Positions 45,278 through 55,287 of a stretch of DNA of 64,000 nt are shown here, piece by piece. The notes under the pieces were generated by a model, which worked only from the letters and a program-made list of their open reading frames with translations, searched no databases and was not told the origin of the DNA. The number at the start of each line of letters is the position of its first letter. The stretch's first letter is position 1. The stretch is from assembly GCA_963715635.1 (NCBI GenBank), contig OY970261.1, positions 3,121,011 to 3,185,010 of the forward strand. Direction: 5' to 3'. The stretch is from Candidatus Aminicenantes bacterium (GTDB lineage: Bacteria; Acidobacteriota; Aminicenantia; Aminicenantales; UBA4085). A program made the translations under genes and the position numbers.

Positions 45278-48073
45278 ATGGTGTCTCCAGGCGATAAGAT
45301 AAAGCATTACGAAATCATCCGCCTCATCGGGAAAGGCGGAATGGGCGAAGTCTATCTCGCCCATGACTCGATCCTGGATCGCCGGGTCGCCCTTAAGTTC
45401 CTTTCCCAAGAGCTCCAAGGCGATGCCAAAGTCCGCGAGCGTTTCCTCCGGGAGGCCAAATCCGCGGCCGCCCTGGACCACCCTTTTATCTGCAAGATTT
45501 TTGAGGCTGGAGATTATGCCGGCAAGGCCTTCATCGTTATGGAGTATGTAGAAGGCCAGGATCTTCAGGAAAAGATGGAAAAAGAGCACTTGCCGCTGCG
45601 GGAATCTCTGCGCATTATCTCCGAAATCGCCGAAGCTCTGGAAGAAGCCCACCAGAAAAACATCGTCCATCGTGATTTGAAGCCCGCCAACATCATGATC
45701 ACGCCCCAAGGGCACACCAAGGTCATGGACTTCGGCCTGGCCAAGCGCTTCCAGCCCCTGGGGGGAGAGATCGCTCGCACCCTGACTCAGGCTTCACTCA
45801 CCGGGCAAGGCGTCATTACGGGAACAATCAATTATATGTCGCCCGAGCAGGCGCGCGGCGATCCTGTCGACCATCGAAGCGATATATTTTCTCTAGGGAT
45901 TATCTTTTACGAGATGATCGCGGGGAAACATCCCTTCTCAAAGCTGACTCCCGTCGAGACTCTCACCTCTATCTTGAGAGACCCCACTCCCCCACCCCAT
46001 ATCACGCCGAAATCCGTCAACCCGCTGGTTAATCCTATCCTAAAAAAAGCCCTGGCCAAAGACCTCACGCAGCGCTACCAGAATATCGGAGAATTCCTGA
46101 CCGACTTAAAGACAGTACAAAGAGAAACGGGAGGGGGAGGCCGGTTTCGCCTCCGTGGATGGCCGGCCGCAGCTGCCGCCGTCCTTCTCGTCGCCATCCT
46201 GGCTTTCTTCGTCCTGAAACTGATCCGGCCAGCCGCGGTCAAAACGAAAGAAGCCGAAACTAAGTCCGTTTCGCTTATTATCGCCGATGTCCAAAACCAA
46301 ACCGGCGACGCGTCGCTCGACGGCGTCCTCGAACAATTGTTGGGCATCAGCTTGGGCGGGTCGGAAAATGTGTCCCTCTTTGAACGCAAACAGGCCATCA
46401 GCCTGATCAAACGTCTCGAGCCGAGCGCCAACGGTCAGCTGGACGAAAAAACCGCCCGCCTTCTGTGCCAGAGAGAGGGCATCAGCGTCATCGTCAATGC
46501 CTCGATCGCAAAAGATAAAAGCGGCTATCTCATCAAGGCCGCGGCGCTGGATTCTATTAGCGGAAAAACACTAGCCACGGGAGACCGGTCGATCCGGTCA
46601 AAAACCGAAGTCCTGACAGCGGCAGATTACCTGTCGGCGAAACTCAGGGCAGGATTGGGCGTCATCCCGCCGGAATCTACACAGGCGATTATCAAAGAAA
46701 CCTTCACCACCACCTCATTAGAAGCAATGAAAGCCTATGCAGATGCCCAAAAGCTGGACGCGCTTGGCAAGGAACAAGAAGCCATCGCCGCTTACCTAAG
46801 GGCGATCGAGAATGATCCGAATTTTGGCCGAGCTTATGCGGGTTTAGCCGCTACCTATTACGCCCAGCAAGAGGAACAGCAGGCGGAAAAGTATTACAAG
46901 GACGCTCTAGACCGGATCGAGCAGATGACGGACCTCGAAAAACACAGGACGAGGGGCGGATATTATCTCTTCAAGCAAAATTACAAACGAGCGATCGAAG
47001 AATACAGCTCCCTCGTCAAACAGAACCCAAAGGACATGGCCGGGTACACCAACCTGGGCCTTGCCAATTTCCTGGGCTACAAGATGCAGGAGGCCAATGA
47101 GCAGGGACGTCGCGCCGTCAACCTCGACCCGGAAAATCTCGATTACAGGTACAACCAGAGCTGGTATGCCTTGGCCGCCAGCGATTTTGAACAAGCCAAA
47201 CAGGAGGCGCACAAAGCGCTGGAGATCGATCCAACTTATGCCAAGGCGTTCGTTGTCCTCGCGCTCGTTGAACTCGCCCAGGACCGGCCGGGAGAAGCTG
47301 CAAAAATCTATGAGAAGCTCGAATCCTTGAGCCCTTTGGGAGCTTCATTGTCCGCCACTGGATTGGCTGACCTGGCCATCTATGAGGGCCGGCTCAATGA
47401 TGCGGTCGTCATCCTTAAAAAGGGAATCGCGAGTGACATCCAGAACAAATTCAATTATCGGTCTGTGGATAAATCGATGATGCTCGCCCAGGCGTATCTC
47501 CTTCAGGGGAAAAACGCGCTGGCCATTGAGGCGGCGGACCAAATCCTCAAGAAGAACAGACGAGAAGAAATTTTATTTGCGGCCGCTCAGATTTTCATCC
47601 AGGCCGGTGAGGACGATAAGGCGCGGGATATCGGCGGCGAGCTAAGCAAGAAAGTCCAGGACATTCATCTTGCTTACGCCAAGTTGATTGGAGGACATCG
47701 ATCCCTCAAGCGCGGCGACGCGGCGAATGCATTGAAGTTATTCGATGAAGCCCAGACTTCCGCGGATACGTGGCTGGGACGGTTTTCGTTAGGGCGTGCG
47801 TATCTTGATGCGGGCGCATTTGCAGAAGCCTACTCGGAATTCGAAAAGTGTGAAAAGCGCAAGGGCGAGGCAACGTCGATATTCCTGGTTAATGATCTTC
47901 CCACGTATCGCTATCTAGACACGCTCTATTATTATTTGGGCCGGGCGCAGGAAGGACAGGGAAGCAAGGACGCCGCCAAAAAATCCTACGAGAAATTCTT
48001 ACAGATCAAAGCCAAGGCGGACTCGGAGCAGGCAATGATTACCGATGCCCAAAGCAGACTTCGCACTCAATAA
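45278..48073 (+). CDS. Ser/Thr protein kinase with TM segment and C-terminal TPR-repeat domain
   Basis: GKGGMGEVY...VALK, HRDLKPANIM, DFGLA, SPEQ. TM at WPAAAAAVLLVAILAFFVL. Multiple TPR-like repeats. Confidence 0.8.
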   Translation: MVSPGDKIKHYEIIRLIGKGGMGEVYLAHDSILDRRVALKFLSQELQGDAKVRERFLREAKSAAALDHPFICKIFEAGDYAGKAFIVMEYVEGQDLQEKMEKEHLPLRESLRIISEIAEALEEAHQKNIVHRDLKPANIMITPQGHTKVMDFGLAKRFQPLGGEIARTLTQASLTGQGVITGTINYMSPEQARGDPVDHRSDIFSLGIIFYEMIAGKHPFSKLTPVETLTSILRDPTPPPHITPKSVNPLVNPILKKALAKDLTQRYQNIGEFLTDLKTVQRETGGGGRFRLRGWPAAAAAVLLVAILAFFVLKLIRPAAVKTKEAETKSVSLIIADVQNQTGDASLDGVLEQLLGISLGGSENVSLFERKQAISLIKRLEPSANGQLDEKTARLLCQREGISVIVNASIAKDKSGYLIKAAALDSISGKTLATGDRSIRSKTEVLTAADYLSAKLRAGLGVIPPESTQAIIKETFTTTSLEAMKAYADAQKLDALGKEQEAIAAYLRAIENDPNFGRAYAGLAATYYAQQEEQQAEKYYKDALDRIEQMTDLEKHRTRGGYYLFKQNYKRAIEEYSSLVKQNPKDMAGYTNLGLANFLGYKMQEANEQGRRAVNLDPENLDYRYNQSWYALAASDFEQAKQEAHKALEIDPTYAKAFVVLALVELAQDRPGEAAKIYEKLESLSPLGASLSATGLADLAIYEGRLNDAVVILKKGIASDIQNKFNYRSVDKSMMLAQAYLLQGKNALAIEAADQILKKNRREEILFAAAQIFIQAGEDDKARDIGGELSKKVQDIHLAYAKLIGGHRSLKRGDAANALKLFDEAQTSADTWLGRFSLGRAYLDAGAFAEAYSEFEKCEKRKGEATSIFLVNDLPTYRYLDTLYYYLGRAQEGQGSKDAAKKSYEKFLQIKAKADSEQAMITDAQSRLRTQ

Positions 48074-48097
48074 TTGTCTATATCTTCTTCTATCTCC

Positions 48098-51000
48098 TTA
48101 ATGATCAACTTTGCGTATCCGCCAGTTAAACATGTCAGCGATATAAAGATTTCCAGATCCATCAAAGACTACGCTCCATGGGGTGCTCAATTCAGCATTT
48201 ATTGCAGCTATTTCGTCTCCATTATAGCCAGCGCTGGTGGTGCCAGCGACTCTAGAAATAATCCCGCTGCTGAGATTTACTTTTCTGACTCGGTGGTGGG
48301 AGGTATCAGTGATGTAAAGATTATCCCCGGTCGCATCAACTACAACACCCGCTGGACCGTTCAAGTGTGCATCTGTGGCAGGGCCTCCATCTCCGCTATA
48401 TGGATCCCCAGTACCATTGCCAGCGACTGTGGTGATTGTCCCAGAAGTATCAACCTTTCGGATTCGGTTGTTAAAGGTATCAGCAATAAAAAGATTCCCA
48501 CTTGCATCTAAACTCACATCATAAGGATTTTTCAAGCTGGCACTTGTGGCAGAGCCTCCGTCTCCGGTATAGTCCGCAATTCCATTCCCAGCGACTGTGT
48601 AAATGTACCCACTGCCGAAATTTACTTTTCGGATTCGGTTGTTGGAGTAATCAGCGATGTAAAGATTAGCCCCGGCCGCATCTAATGCCAGTCCTTGGGG
48701 AGAGTTCAAGCTGGCACTTGTGGCAGGGCCTCCGTCTCCGCCATACGCTCCACTGCCATTGCCAGCGACTAGGTAAATATACCCCGTGCTAAGATTGACT
48801 CTTCGGACTCGGTTGTTGCCCTGATCAGTGATGTAAAGGTTAGCGCTGGTCGGATCAACCACAACACTCGTCGGATAGTTCAACTGGGCATTGGTTGCGG
48901 GGCCATTATCTCCGCTGTAACCTGGGGTTCCAGTGCCAGCGAATGTGGTAATTATTCCAGAGGTATTCACCTTTCGGACTCGGTGGTTGCTTCGATCCGC
49001 GATATAAAAATTTCCAGAAGCATCAAATGCCATATCTGCGGGGTAATTCAATTGAGCGCTGGTGGCGGCGCCTCCGTCTCCGCTATAACCTCGAGTCCCA
49101 TTCCCAGCTACTGTATGAATGAGAGGAATGACCGTCAACACACCGGAGTCGGTAGAGGATAAACCGCTCTTCGGCGCATGAATTTGAGCGCTCCCCGCTA
49201 AATGGCCGGTAAATATCGCACTTTTAGAATCTCCTGCTGGAGCCAGATCTCCCGCTACAATTCCTCCTGAGATGTTAACTAGCGACCAAGAGTCGGCTGC
49301 CACATTTGCTATAAAGTAGTCTCCTGCGTCACGGCTTATTGAATACACAGTAATTGAACTGCCCGAAGCTATATTCTGAGTGGGCACAACTGTCCCGGAA
49401 CCATCCGCCTTAGTCTCCACACGTATCTTCGAAGGAGGAACAGGATCAAAAGTGGCGTATACCCACTTGTTCCCATCTATTGTGATGGTCACAGGATTAG
49501 GACTGCCCGCGGGCACGTCTCCTGTCCAGCCTACAAATATTGATCCGCCAGCCTGGGTTGCCGTCAGAACCACGTTTGTCCCATAGTCATAATTTAGTTG
49601 GCAGGTGAGGCCGCAATTGATTCCTCCATCGGCGCTTGTGACCGTACCCGCCCCTGTACCAGGTTTACCAATATTCAGCTGGTATTGTGTTTTTACTGCC
49701 ACGTAGTTCGTTGTCTGGTTCGAAGTTACATTACTGTAAACCTGCTCGGTTGGAGTAAAGTGATAGTATGCTAAAAGCGGCTTTACGGTCCCTGACCAGC
49801 CATAAGTTACCGTGTCGCTATAATAACCACTAGCATTCGTCACCGGATTGGTGGGGAGCCCAGTCATCTCCACTCCCTCCAAACCCGACACTCCTACCGT
49901 GATTGTTCCGGAGATCGTATAGGTTTTGATTGCAAAGGTCGCCGTAACAGTCTTGTTGGCATCCATGGCGATCGTCGTCGGGTTCGTCGTCCCGCCCAGA
50001 TCCCCGCCCCAGCCCGCAAACGTCGAACTCGCCGAAGGATCCGCGAACAGGCTCACCGCCGTGCCCTCATCATATATCCCCCCTGGCGGAGTCAAACTCA
50101 CCGTTCCTGTTCCAGTCCCCGATTTAGTCACGTTCAACGTGTATTGCGGAAGATTTATGACAATCGTGTCAGAGCCGGTTTTTCCGCTATTACTGGCGGT
50201 GATAGTTCTTGTACCATCTTTGGAAAGGGTGACATTTCCTGTCCAAATGCCAGCGGTAAATTCAGAATATGGAATAGAAGCAGGTGTGATTGTTCCTGAA
50301 TCCGCAGATAGGGCCGTAGGTCCGGAGAAATTAGAAGTTGTATAGCCGTTCGCATCCTTGGCCGTGACCGTAGACGAGAACGAGACTCCTGCTGTGGCGC
50401 TCGCGGGGGCATCGACCACAAAGCTCACCAAAGGAGATGTGGATAACCCATTGTAGTCCTGGAGAGTTTGATGAGAACCTATGGAACTATAAATTATCTT
50501 TTCCGGCGTGAATGTGAATCCAACCTTAAAAGGAACAGCTGTTCCTGACCAACCGGCGGGAACCTTATCCTGGTAAGAACCGTTAGCCGCAGTTATGGGG
50601 GTATTGGGCAGGCCGTGAAGCACGACACCACTCAGAGGATTTGCGTTTCCATCATAAACCGTACCGGAGATAGTGTAATAGGTGGTCGTTTGAGCATTTA
50701 TCGTCAACCAGAACAATTGAGTAGCGGAATTATTAATCTCGTCTGTGACACGCACGGTAAAGGAGAAAGAGCCTGAAACTGTCGGAGTACCGCTGATGAC
50801 ACCGCCGCTGTCAAGGCTCAACCCGGTGGGAAGGGCTGATCCAGGATTCAGGCTCCACGTGCGAGGCCAGACTCCTCCCGTGGCTTCAAGGGTGGCTCCA
50901 TACCAGTAGCCTTTTACTCCACTGGGGAGAGATGCCGTAGTTATTGTGAGAGGATCAGGGTTGGAATCAGAATCTATGTAAATACTATACTGCTGCGTAT

Positions 51001-54000
51001 CGAATTTGTGGATCGGGATTGAACTATCTTCAACTCGGACCATGAAATGAGAAGTCCCGGCGGCCGTGGGCGTGCCGCTGATGACACCCGTGCTTGACAA
51101 AGATAATCCATTTGGCAGTTCCCCAGCATTGAGGGTCCAACTATAAGGAGCAGTCCCTCCATATGCATTTAAGGTTGTCGTAGTGTAGGGACTATTCACA
51201 ACTCCATCGGGCAAAGATTCTGTGCCGATGACCACGAAAGTGGAGTCGAGCGGGGGCGTTGTTATTCCTTGTGCAGCGTCAGAGGAATTGACCGCCTGTG
51301 ATACGACCACAAAACCAAAAGAATCAATAAAATCTTGAAGCGTCAGAGACTGCGCGGCTATTTTTGCCCGGATGGAAGCTGCAGCCGTTGAGGGATCGAT
51401 CTCGAATATTCGAAGGGTAACTAGCGCCGTATCACCCGGAGCAATAGAAAAAGTTGCATTTTCAACAGCCGCATTGACGATATTGGGGTTCTCTATATGC
51501 CCATTCACGATATTCGGATTAACAATGTTGGGATTGGTGACATTTAAAAGGAGCTCTTGGTGGGGTTCCTGCTTTAATTCACATTCGACCATGCCAGTGG
51601 GATGCACCGCTCCTGCGACCGTCGGCAACAAATATTCTTTGTAAACAAGAAGCTGGGCATAATATCCTTCCGGCAGAGCTTCTTTGGCGAGAGTTTTTAA
51701 TGTATAGGACGTTGTCGTGTTCCCTTGATTCGTGACTGTCCAGGAGTAATCTTTCATTGATTGGACTCGAACCGCGGCGGGATCTCCAGGATTGGCATTG
51801 ACGATGTTCGGATTGACAATATTAGGATTGACAATATTGGGGTTAACGATATTCGGGTTAACAATGTTGGGGTTAACGATATTCGGGTTGACAATATTAG
51901 GATTGACGATATTCGGATTAACGATATTGGGATTGACAATATTAGGATTGACGATATTCGGATTAACGATATTGGGGTTGACAATGTTAGGGTTGACGAT
52001 ATTCGGGTTAACGATATTCGGGTTGACGATATTCGGGTTGACAACCCAGTTCACAATATTCGGATTGCCTATTTTTACATTATGTTTTTCTTCACCGAGC
52101 GATAGACTAGGGTTAGTATTATCTCCATTGATGACGACGGAACTCTTGAGTCCCCCTGTAAGAATACCTCCACCTGGCTGGTCAATTTCGTCAATGTTAA
52201 TCGTGACCATGGCATTGGGATCTGTTGAGCCGATAAAAACTGAACGCGTCATTATTGAATAGGGTGCGATCGTCACGTCCAAAATCGTTTTTAATTGAAA
52301 CTGCAGAAACGATGCTGAGCCACCGGGAGGTTGGTTGGCGATCGTCAATCGAAAGCTTCTGATAATATCGGTGTCATTTTTAACAAAGAGGACAAAGGCA
52401 TTCGGGACAGGTAAGTTAAGCAGCTTGTCATTTGCGGGTGAGCCCACCGCTATGCCGCTGGTGATTTGGGCGGTATAGATATTCTGATTCCTCATGCCCG
52501 GTCTTTGTCCTGATGAACCGATACAAGATGGATGATCGGGCGAAATGTACTCTGCCAATTGTTGAGATGTGGGTGGCACATAATTTGTCCAATCATATGG
52601 GGCATTAAGGGGAGGGCGTACGTCTCGGTTGTCGGTCCAAACGGCATGGAAGACAGGTGAAATCGCAGGCTCTGTGTTAAATTTCCATTTTCCGTCGCTG
52701 CCGACCACAAAGATGGGAGAGGGCGTGATATCAATATAATCGCCAAAGAAGGGATGAGTTCCTCCCTTAAAGAGAGGGTAGTTGGGGGGATTAAACTGCA
52801 TCTGCAAAAGGAGAGGTATATCATTTCCATTTTGATCTTTAGTGGTAACAATCTTTCCATTCTCCAACATGAGATTGAATAGATAGCGAGAAGTCTGGAT
52901 AGACTTCCAGGCAAGATTTGGGTAGTCTTTCGTTTCAGCCTGAGAAGCCCAGACATCGACAGTATGGCGGTACCCTACACTATCATCGCTTATAAAATAA
53001 GGCCAACCATACAATTGACTGGAGAAATCGAGCCTCTGGTCATACCAAATGATTGTCAGCCGGCCGGCAGCATAGGTCATGGAAGGCATGAACTGGTGGC
53101 TGGCAACATTTGCAGGATTATTGATCGGCCCGCGGAGTGTCCAAGCTAAACCATCACTTGAAGTGGCCCAGACGATGCGAGCTGCCGAAGTAATATCGAC
53201 TCCTCTCTGCGCCCAGGCCAAATACACCGTCCCGAGATCATCCACAGCCATGGTGGGATAGCTATTCGTTCGGAACGTAGTTGGCGACAGTTGCTGATCA
53301 AATGCATCTTGTGAAGCGGGCAGAGTTGCTACGACTACGGGCGTGGAAAAGCTTTGGCCATAATCTGTTGATTTGCAGACGACGATGGCATTTGTTTGAC
53401 TGGGATGGAGGAAACGCCTATAGGCGATATAAACGGCGCCGCTAATAGGAGCGATAGCGATCGTTGCGCCTTGGATAATGTGCTGGCTATCGCTTATCTT
53501 AATAGCCGGCCCCCAGGTTTCGCCGCAATCCGTGGATCTTCTAAAAAGGATTTTGCTTCGGATATTCTGGTCTAAGTTGCCAAGGAAAACGGAATAGACA
53601 GAATAGATATTGCTGCGAGGAATGCTTTGCCCTGCGATAGTGACCGTCCCAGTTCCTCTCGGAATATCAACAGCGATCCGCGGCATATCGATAAACTGCC
53701 CCGATGTGCCTAGGTCTATAACTTTTGTATCGATGTACTGAATACAGTTTCCTGTGTCAATATTATTCTCAATATTATTGTTGTCGATATAACGGGCCAC
53801 GAATACAGAGCCTCCGCCCTTCGTTTGAGAGCGGTTAAAGCCCATGCCGCTGTAGTAGAAAAGCCCGTTGGTGCCGGCCCGCACGATGGGGTCGGCTGCC
53901 GTGCTAAATTGCTTGAGAGGAGAGGCCGCCCCTTCCATTGATTTATCCTGAGGAAAGCCAGGGACAAGGTTTGTCACCCAAGATTCTCCCCCATCAAAGG

Positions 54001-54358
54001 ATTTATATATCCCCACCCAGGCGTCACCTGCCATTGCCCCTTGCGCTTTTCCCGGCAATTCGCCTTCAGACTGAGGCAGATCAACAGTGCGGTAGTCATT
54101 GGCGCCAGCGAGGAGATGGAGCGGGTTGCGGGTTGAAACCGCTACCGATGGTTCGTTCTGACGCTGCAGCCATGGGTCTCCGTACGGCAGTGTCGTGCCG
54201 GACACCATGTTAACATTTCGGCCGGCAATGAGGACGGTCTCTTGCTGATTTACAGCCTGATTTTTCGCTTTAAAATATTGCGATTTTGTCGGAAAACCGA
54301 TGAGAATCGCGGCAAAAAGAATCGGCAGAAAATAAAAAGCATAGCGACGAATAGACAT
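48098..54358 (-). CDS. Giant (2086 aa) secreted surface protein with mixed repeat domains
   Basis: Domain order: signal peptide, BNR/sialidase-like propeller, NPNIV tandem pentapeptide repeats, Ig-like and InlB-B-repeat-like domains, C-terminal NHL repeats. Asp-box motifs SFDGGESW, STDCGETW, STDYGQSF. About 18 tandem NPNIV units plus a second short block. Putative-Ig-like segment (GTAPYSWTLN). B-repeat-like segments (GTGTVSLTPPGGIYDEGTAVSL..., TCQLNYDYGTNVVLTA). Six or more NHL-like repeats (GDGGPATSAQLNYPADMAFDASGNFYIADRSNHRVRKV). Confidence 0.75.
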   Translation of the reverse strand: MSIRRYAFYFLPILFAAILIGFPTKSQYFKAKNQAVNQQETVLIAGRNVNMVSGTTLPYGDPWLQRQNEPSVAVSTRNPLHLLAGANDYRTVDLPQSEGELPGKAQGAMAGDAWVGIYKSFDGGESWVTNLVPGFPQDKSMEGAASPLKQFSTAADPIVRAGTNGLFYYSGMGFNRSQTKGGGSVFVARYIDNNNIENNIDTGNCIQYIDTKVIDLGTSGQFIDMPRIAVDIPRGTGTVTIAGQSIPRSNIYSVYSVFLGNLDQNIRSKILFRRSTDCGETWGPAIKISDSQHIIQGATIAIAPISGAVYIAYRRFLHPSQTNAIVVCKSTDYGQSFSTPVVVATLPASQDAFDQQLSPTTFRTNSYPTMAVDDLGTVYLAWAQRGVDITSAARIVWATSSDGLAWTLRGPINNPANVASHQFMPSMTYAAGRLTIIWYDQRLDFSSQLYGWPYFISDDSVGYRHTVDVWASQAETKDYPNLAWKSIQTSRYLFNLMLENGKIVTTKDQNGNDIPLLLQMQFNPPNYPLFKGGTHPFFGDYIDITPSPIFVVGSDGKWKFNTEPAISPVFHAVWTDNRDVRPPLNAPYDWTNYVPPTSQQLAEYISPDHPSCIGSSGQRPGMRNQNIYTAQITSGIAVGSPANDKLLNLPVPNAFVLFVKNDTDIIRSFRLTIANQPPGGSASFLQFQLKTILDVTIAPYSIMTRSVFIGSTDPNAMVTINIDEIDQPGGGILTGGLKSSVVINGDNTNPSLSLGEEKHNVKIGNPNIVNWVVNPNIVNPNIVNPNIVNPNIVNPNIVNPNIVNPNIVNPNIVNPNIVNPNIVNPNIVNPNIVNPNIVNPNIVNPNIVNPNIVNANPGDPAAVRVQSMKDYSWTVTNQGNTTTSYTLKTLAKEALPEGYYAQLLVYKEYLLPTVAGAVHPTGMVECELKQEPHQELLLNVTNPNIVNPNIVNGHIENPNIVNAAVENATFSIAPGDTALVTLRIFEIDPSTAAASIRAKIAAQSLTLQDFIDSFGFVVVSQAVNSSDAAQGITTPPLDSTFVVIGTESLPDGVVNSPYTTTTLNAYGGTAPYSWTLNAGELPNGLSLSSTGVISGTPTAAGTSHFMVRVEDSSIPIHKFDTQQYSIYIDSDSNPDPLTITTASLPSGVKGYWYGATLEATGGVWPRTWSLNPGSALPTGLSLDSGGVISGTPTVSGSFSFTVRVTDEINNSATQLFWLTINAQTTTYYTISGTVYDGNANPLSGVVLHGLPNTPITAANGSYQDKVPAGWSGTAVPFKVGFTFTPEKIIYSSIGSHQTLQDYNGLSTSPLVSFVVDAPASATAGVSFSSTVTAKDANGYTTSNFSGPTALSADSGTITPASIPYSEFTAGIWTGNVTLSKDGTRTITASNSGKTGSDTIVINLPQYTLNVTKSGTGTGTVSLTPPGGIYDEGTAVSLFADPSASSTFAGWGGDLGGTTNPTTIAMDANKTVTATFAIKTYTISGTITVGVSGLEGVEMTGLPTNPVTNASGYYSDTVTYGWSGTVKPLLAYYHFTPTEQVYSNVTSNQTTNYVAVKTQYQLNIGKPGTGAGTVTSADGGINCGLTCQLNYDYGTNVVLTATQAGGSIFVGWTGDVPAGSPNPVTITIDGNKWVYATFDPVPPSKIRVETKADGSGTVVPTQNIASGSSITVYSISRDAGDYFIANVAADSWSLVNISGGIVAGDLAPAGDSKSAIFTGHLAGSAQIHAPKSGLSSTDSGVLTVIPLIHTVAGNGTRGYSGDGGAATSAQLNYPADMAFDASGNFYIADRSNHRVRKVNTSGIITTFAGTGTPGYSGDNGPATNAQLNYPTSVVVDPTSANLYITDQGNNRVRRVNLSTGYIYLVAGNGSGAYGGDGGPATSASLNSPQGLALDAAGANLYIADYSNNRIRKVNFGSGYIYTVAGNGIADYTGDGGSATSASLKNPYDVSLDASGNLFIADTFNNRIRKVDTSGTITTVAGNGTGDPYSGDGGPATDAHLNGPAGVVVDATGDNLYITDTSHHRVRKVNLSSGIISRVAGTTSAGYNGDEIAAINAELSTPWSVVFDGSGNLYIADMFNWRIRKVDH
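51790..52072 (-). repeat. 15-bp tandem repeat array (about 19 units; AATATTSGGRTTRAC-like) encoding NPNIV
   Basis: Near-perfect head-to-tail 15-mers inside the giant gene. A second short array lies around 51480-51545. Confidence 0.85.
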
Positions 54359-54808
54359 GCTAGCACCCCCAAAAAAATTTTTTATTTGAAGCCCTCAGTT
54401 CCTCAAAGGCAGGAAAAATTAGCCGATAGATTAATAAAATAGACGAAAATTGGGGAAAAATAGCGCCCGATAACGCTGACTTCAAGCCCCTCCCTTCCCT
54501 CTTACAGCTTATTCAACGAAAGAAAGATCAGACGACAATACAATCTGATCGTTATTTTTCCTTAGCCTTGGATACCTATTAAGCTAGGAGCTTTTAAACT
54601 ATTTGTCAAGCTTTTTATCACCCCTTGACCTCCATAAACTATCCATCTTATTGATTATATTAATATTAGCCACAAAAATACTTATCACCCCAAAAGGCTA
54701 ATCAGCTTTCTCTTTCTATCTTATTTCTATAATTGACTTCCACCGCTCTTCGGCGATATATTTAGAGCAAGGAGCAATGATGGTTTTGAAGATCAAAGGA
54801 GGGGGACC

Positions 54809-55156
54809 ATGACATTTAACATCATAGAACGAGACGATATCGTTATTCTCAAGATCGAAGGGGAGCTCCGGCTCACGGAACAGCCGCCGCTCGCCCTGAC
54901 TATGCAAAAATTGGTCAAAGAACAGCTTGAACGCGGAAAAACCAAGTTTATCCTTGACTTTAAAAAAGTCGATTTTATCGACAGCTACGGCATCGGCGAT
55001 CTTGTCGCCAGCTATGTCTCGGCCCAGAACAAGGGCGCGAAGCTGAGGATCGCCAACCTTTCCTTGAAAGTCCGCCTTGTCCTCAACTATTGCGGGATCC
55101 CGAAAATCATCGAAATTTTCGACGACGAAGAATCGGCCGTCAAGAGCTTTCGCTGA
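54809..55156 (+). CDS. STAS-domain anti-sigma-factor antagonist (SpoIIAA-like)
   Basis: 115 aa. ILKIEGELR..., FILDFKKVDFIDSYGIGDLV. RBS AAAGGAGGGGGACC ATG. Confidence 0.7.
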   Translation: MTFNIIERDDIVILKIEGELRLTEQPPLALTMQKLVKEQLERGKTKFILDFKKVDFIDSYGIGDLVASYVSAQNKGAKLRIANLSLKVRLVLNYCGIPKIIEIFDDEESAVKSFR

Positions 55157-55287
55157 GGATCATTGTCGACTTTGGGGGTAAAACTCCTCCAACAAGCGCC
55201 GGGAAGACCGGGGCGTCCAAAAAACGAACATTCGCTCACTTTCCTCCAATATTTTTCGCCATTTGATTCTTAACACGAGGAGGTCAG

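Noticed and set aside
51754-52262. Possible CRISPR array suggested by the regular 15-bp periodicity (and ORFs 51761-52105, 51792-52262 on + strand)
   Set aside because: Units are contiguous with no unique spacers, are far shorter than CRISPR repeats, and lie in frame within a long coding gene (NPNIV repeats). The + strand ORFs are alternative-frame translations of the same repeat.
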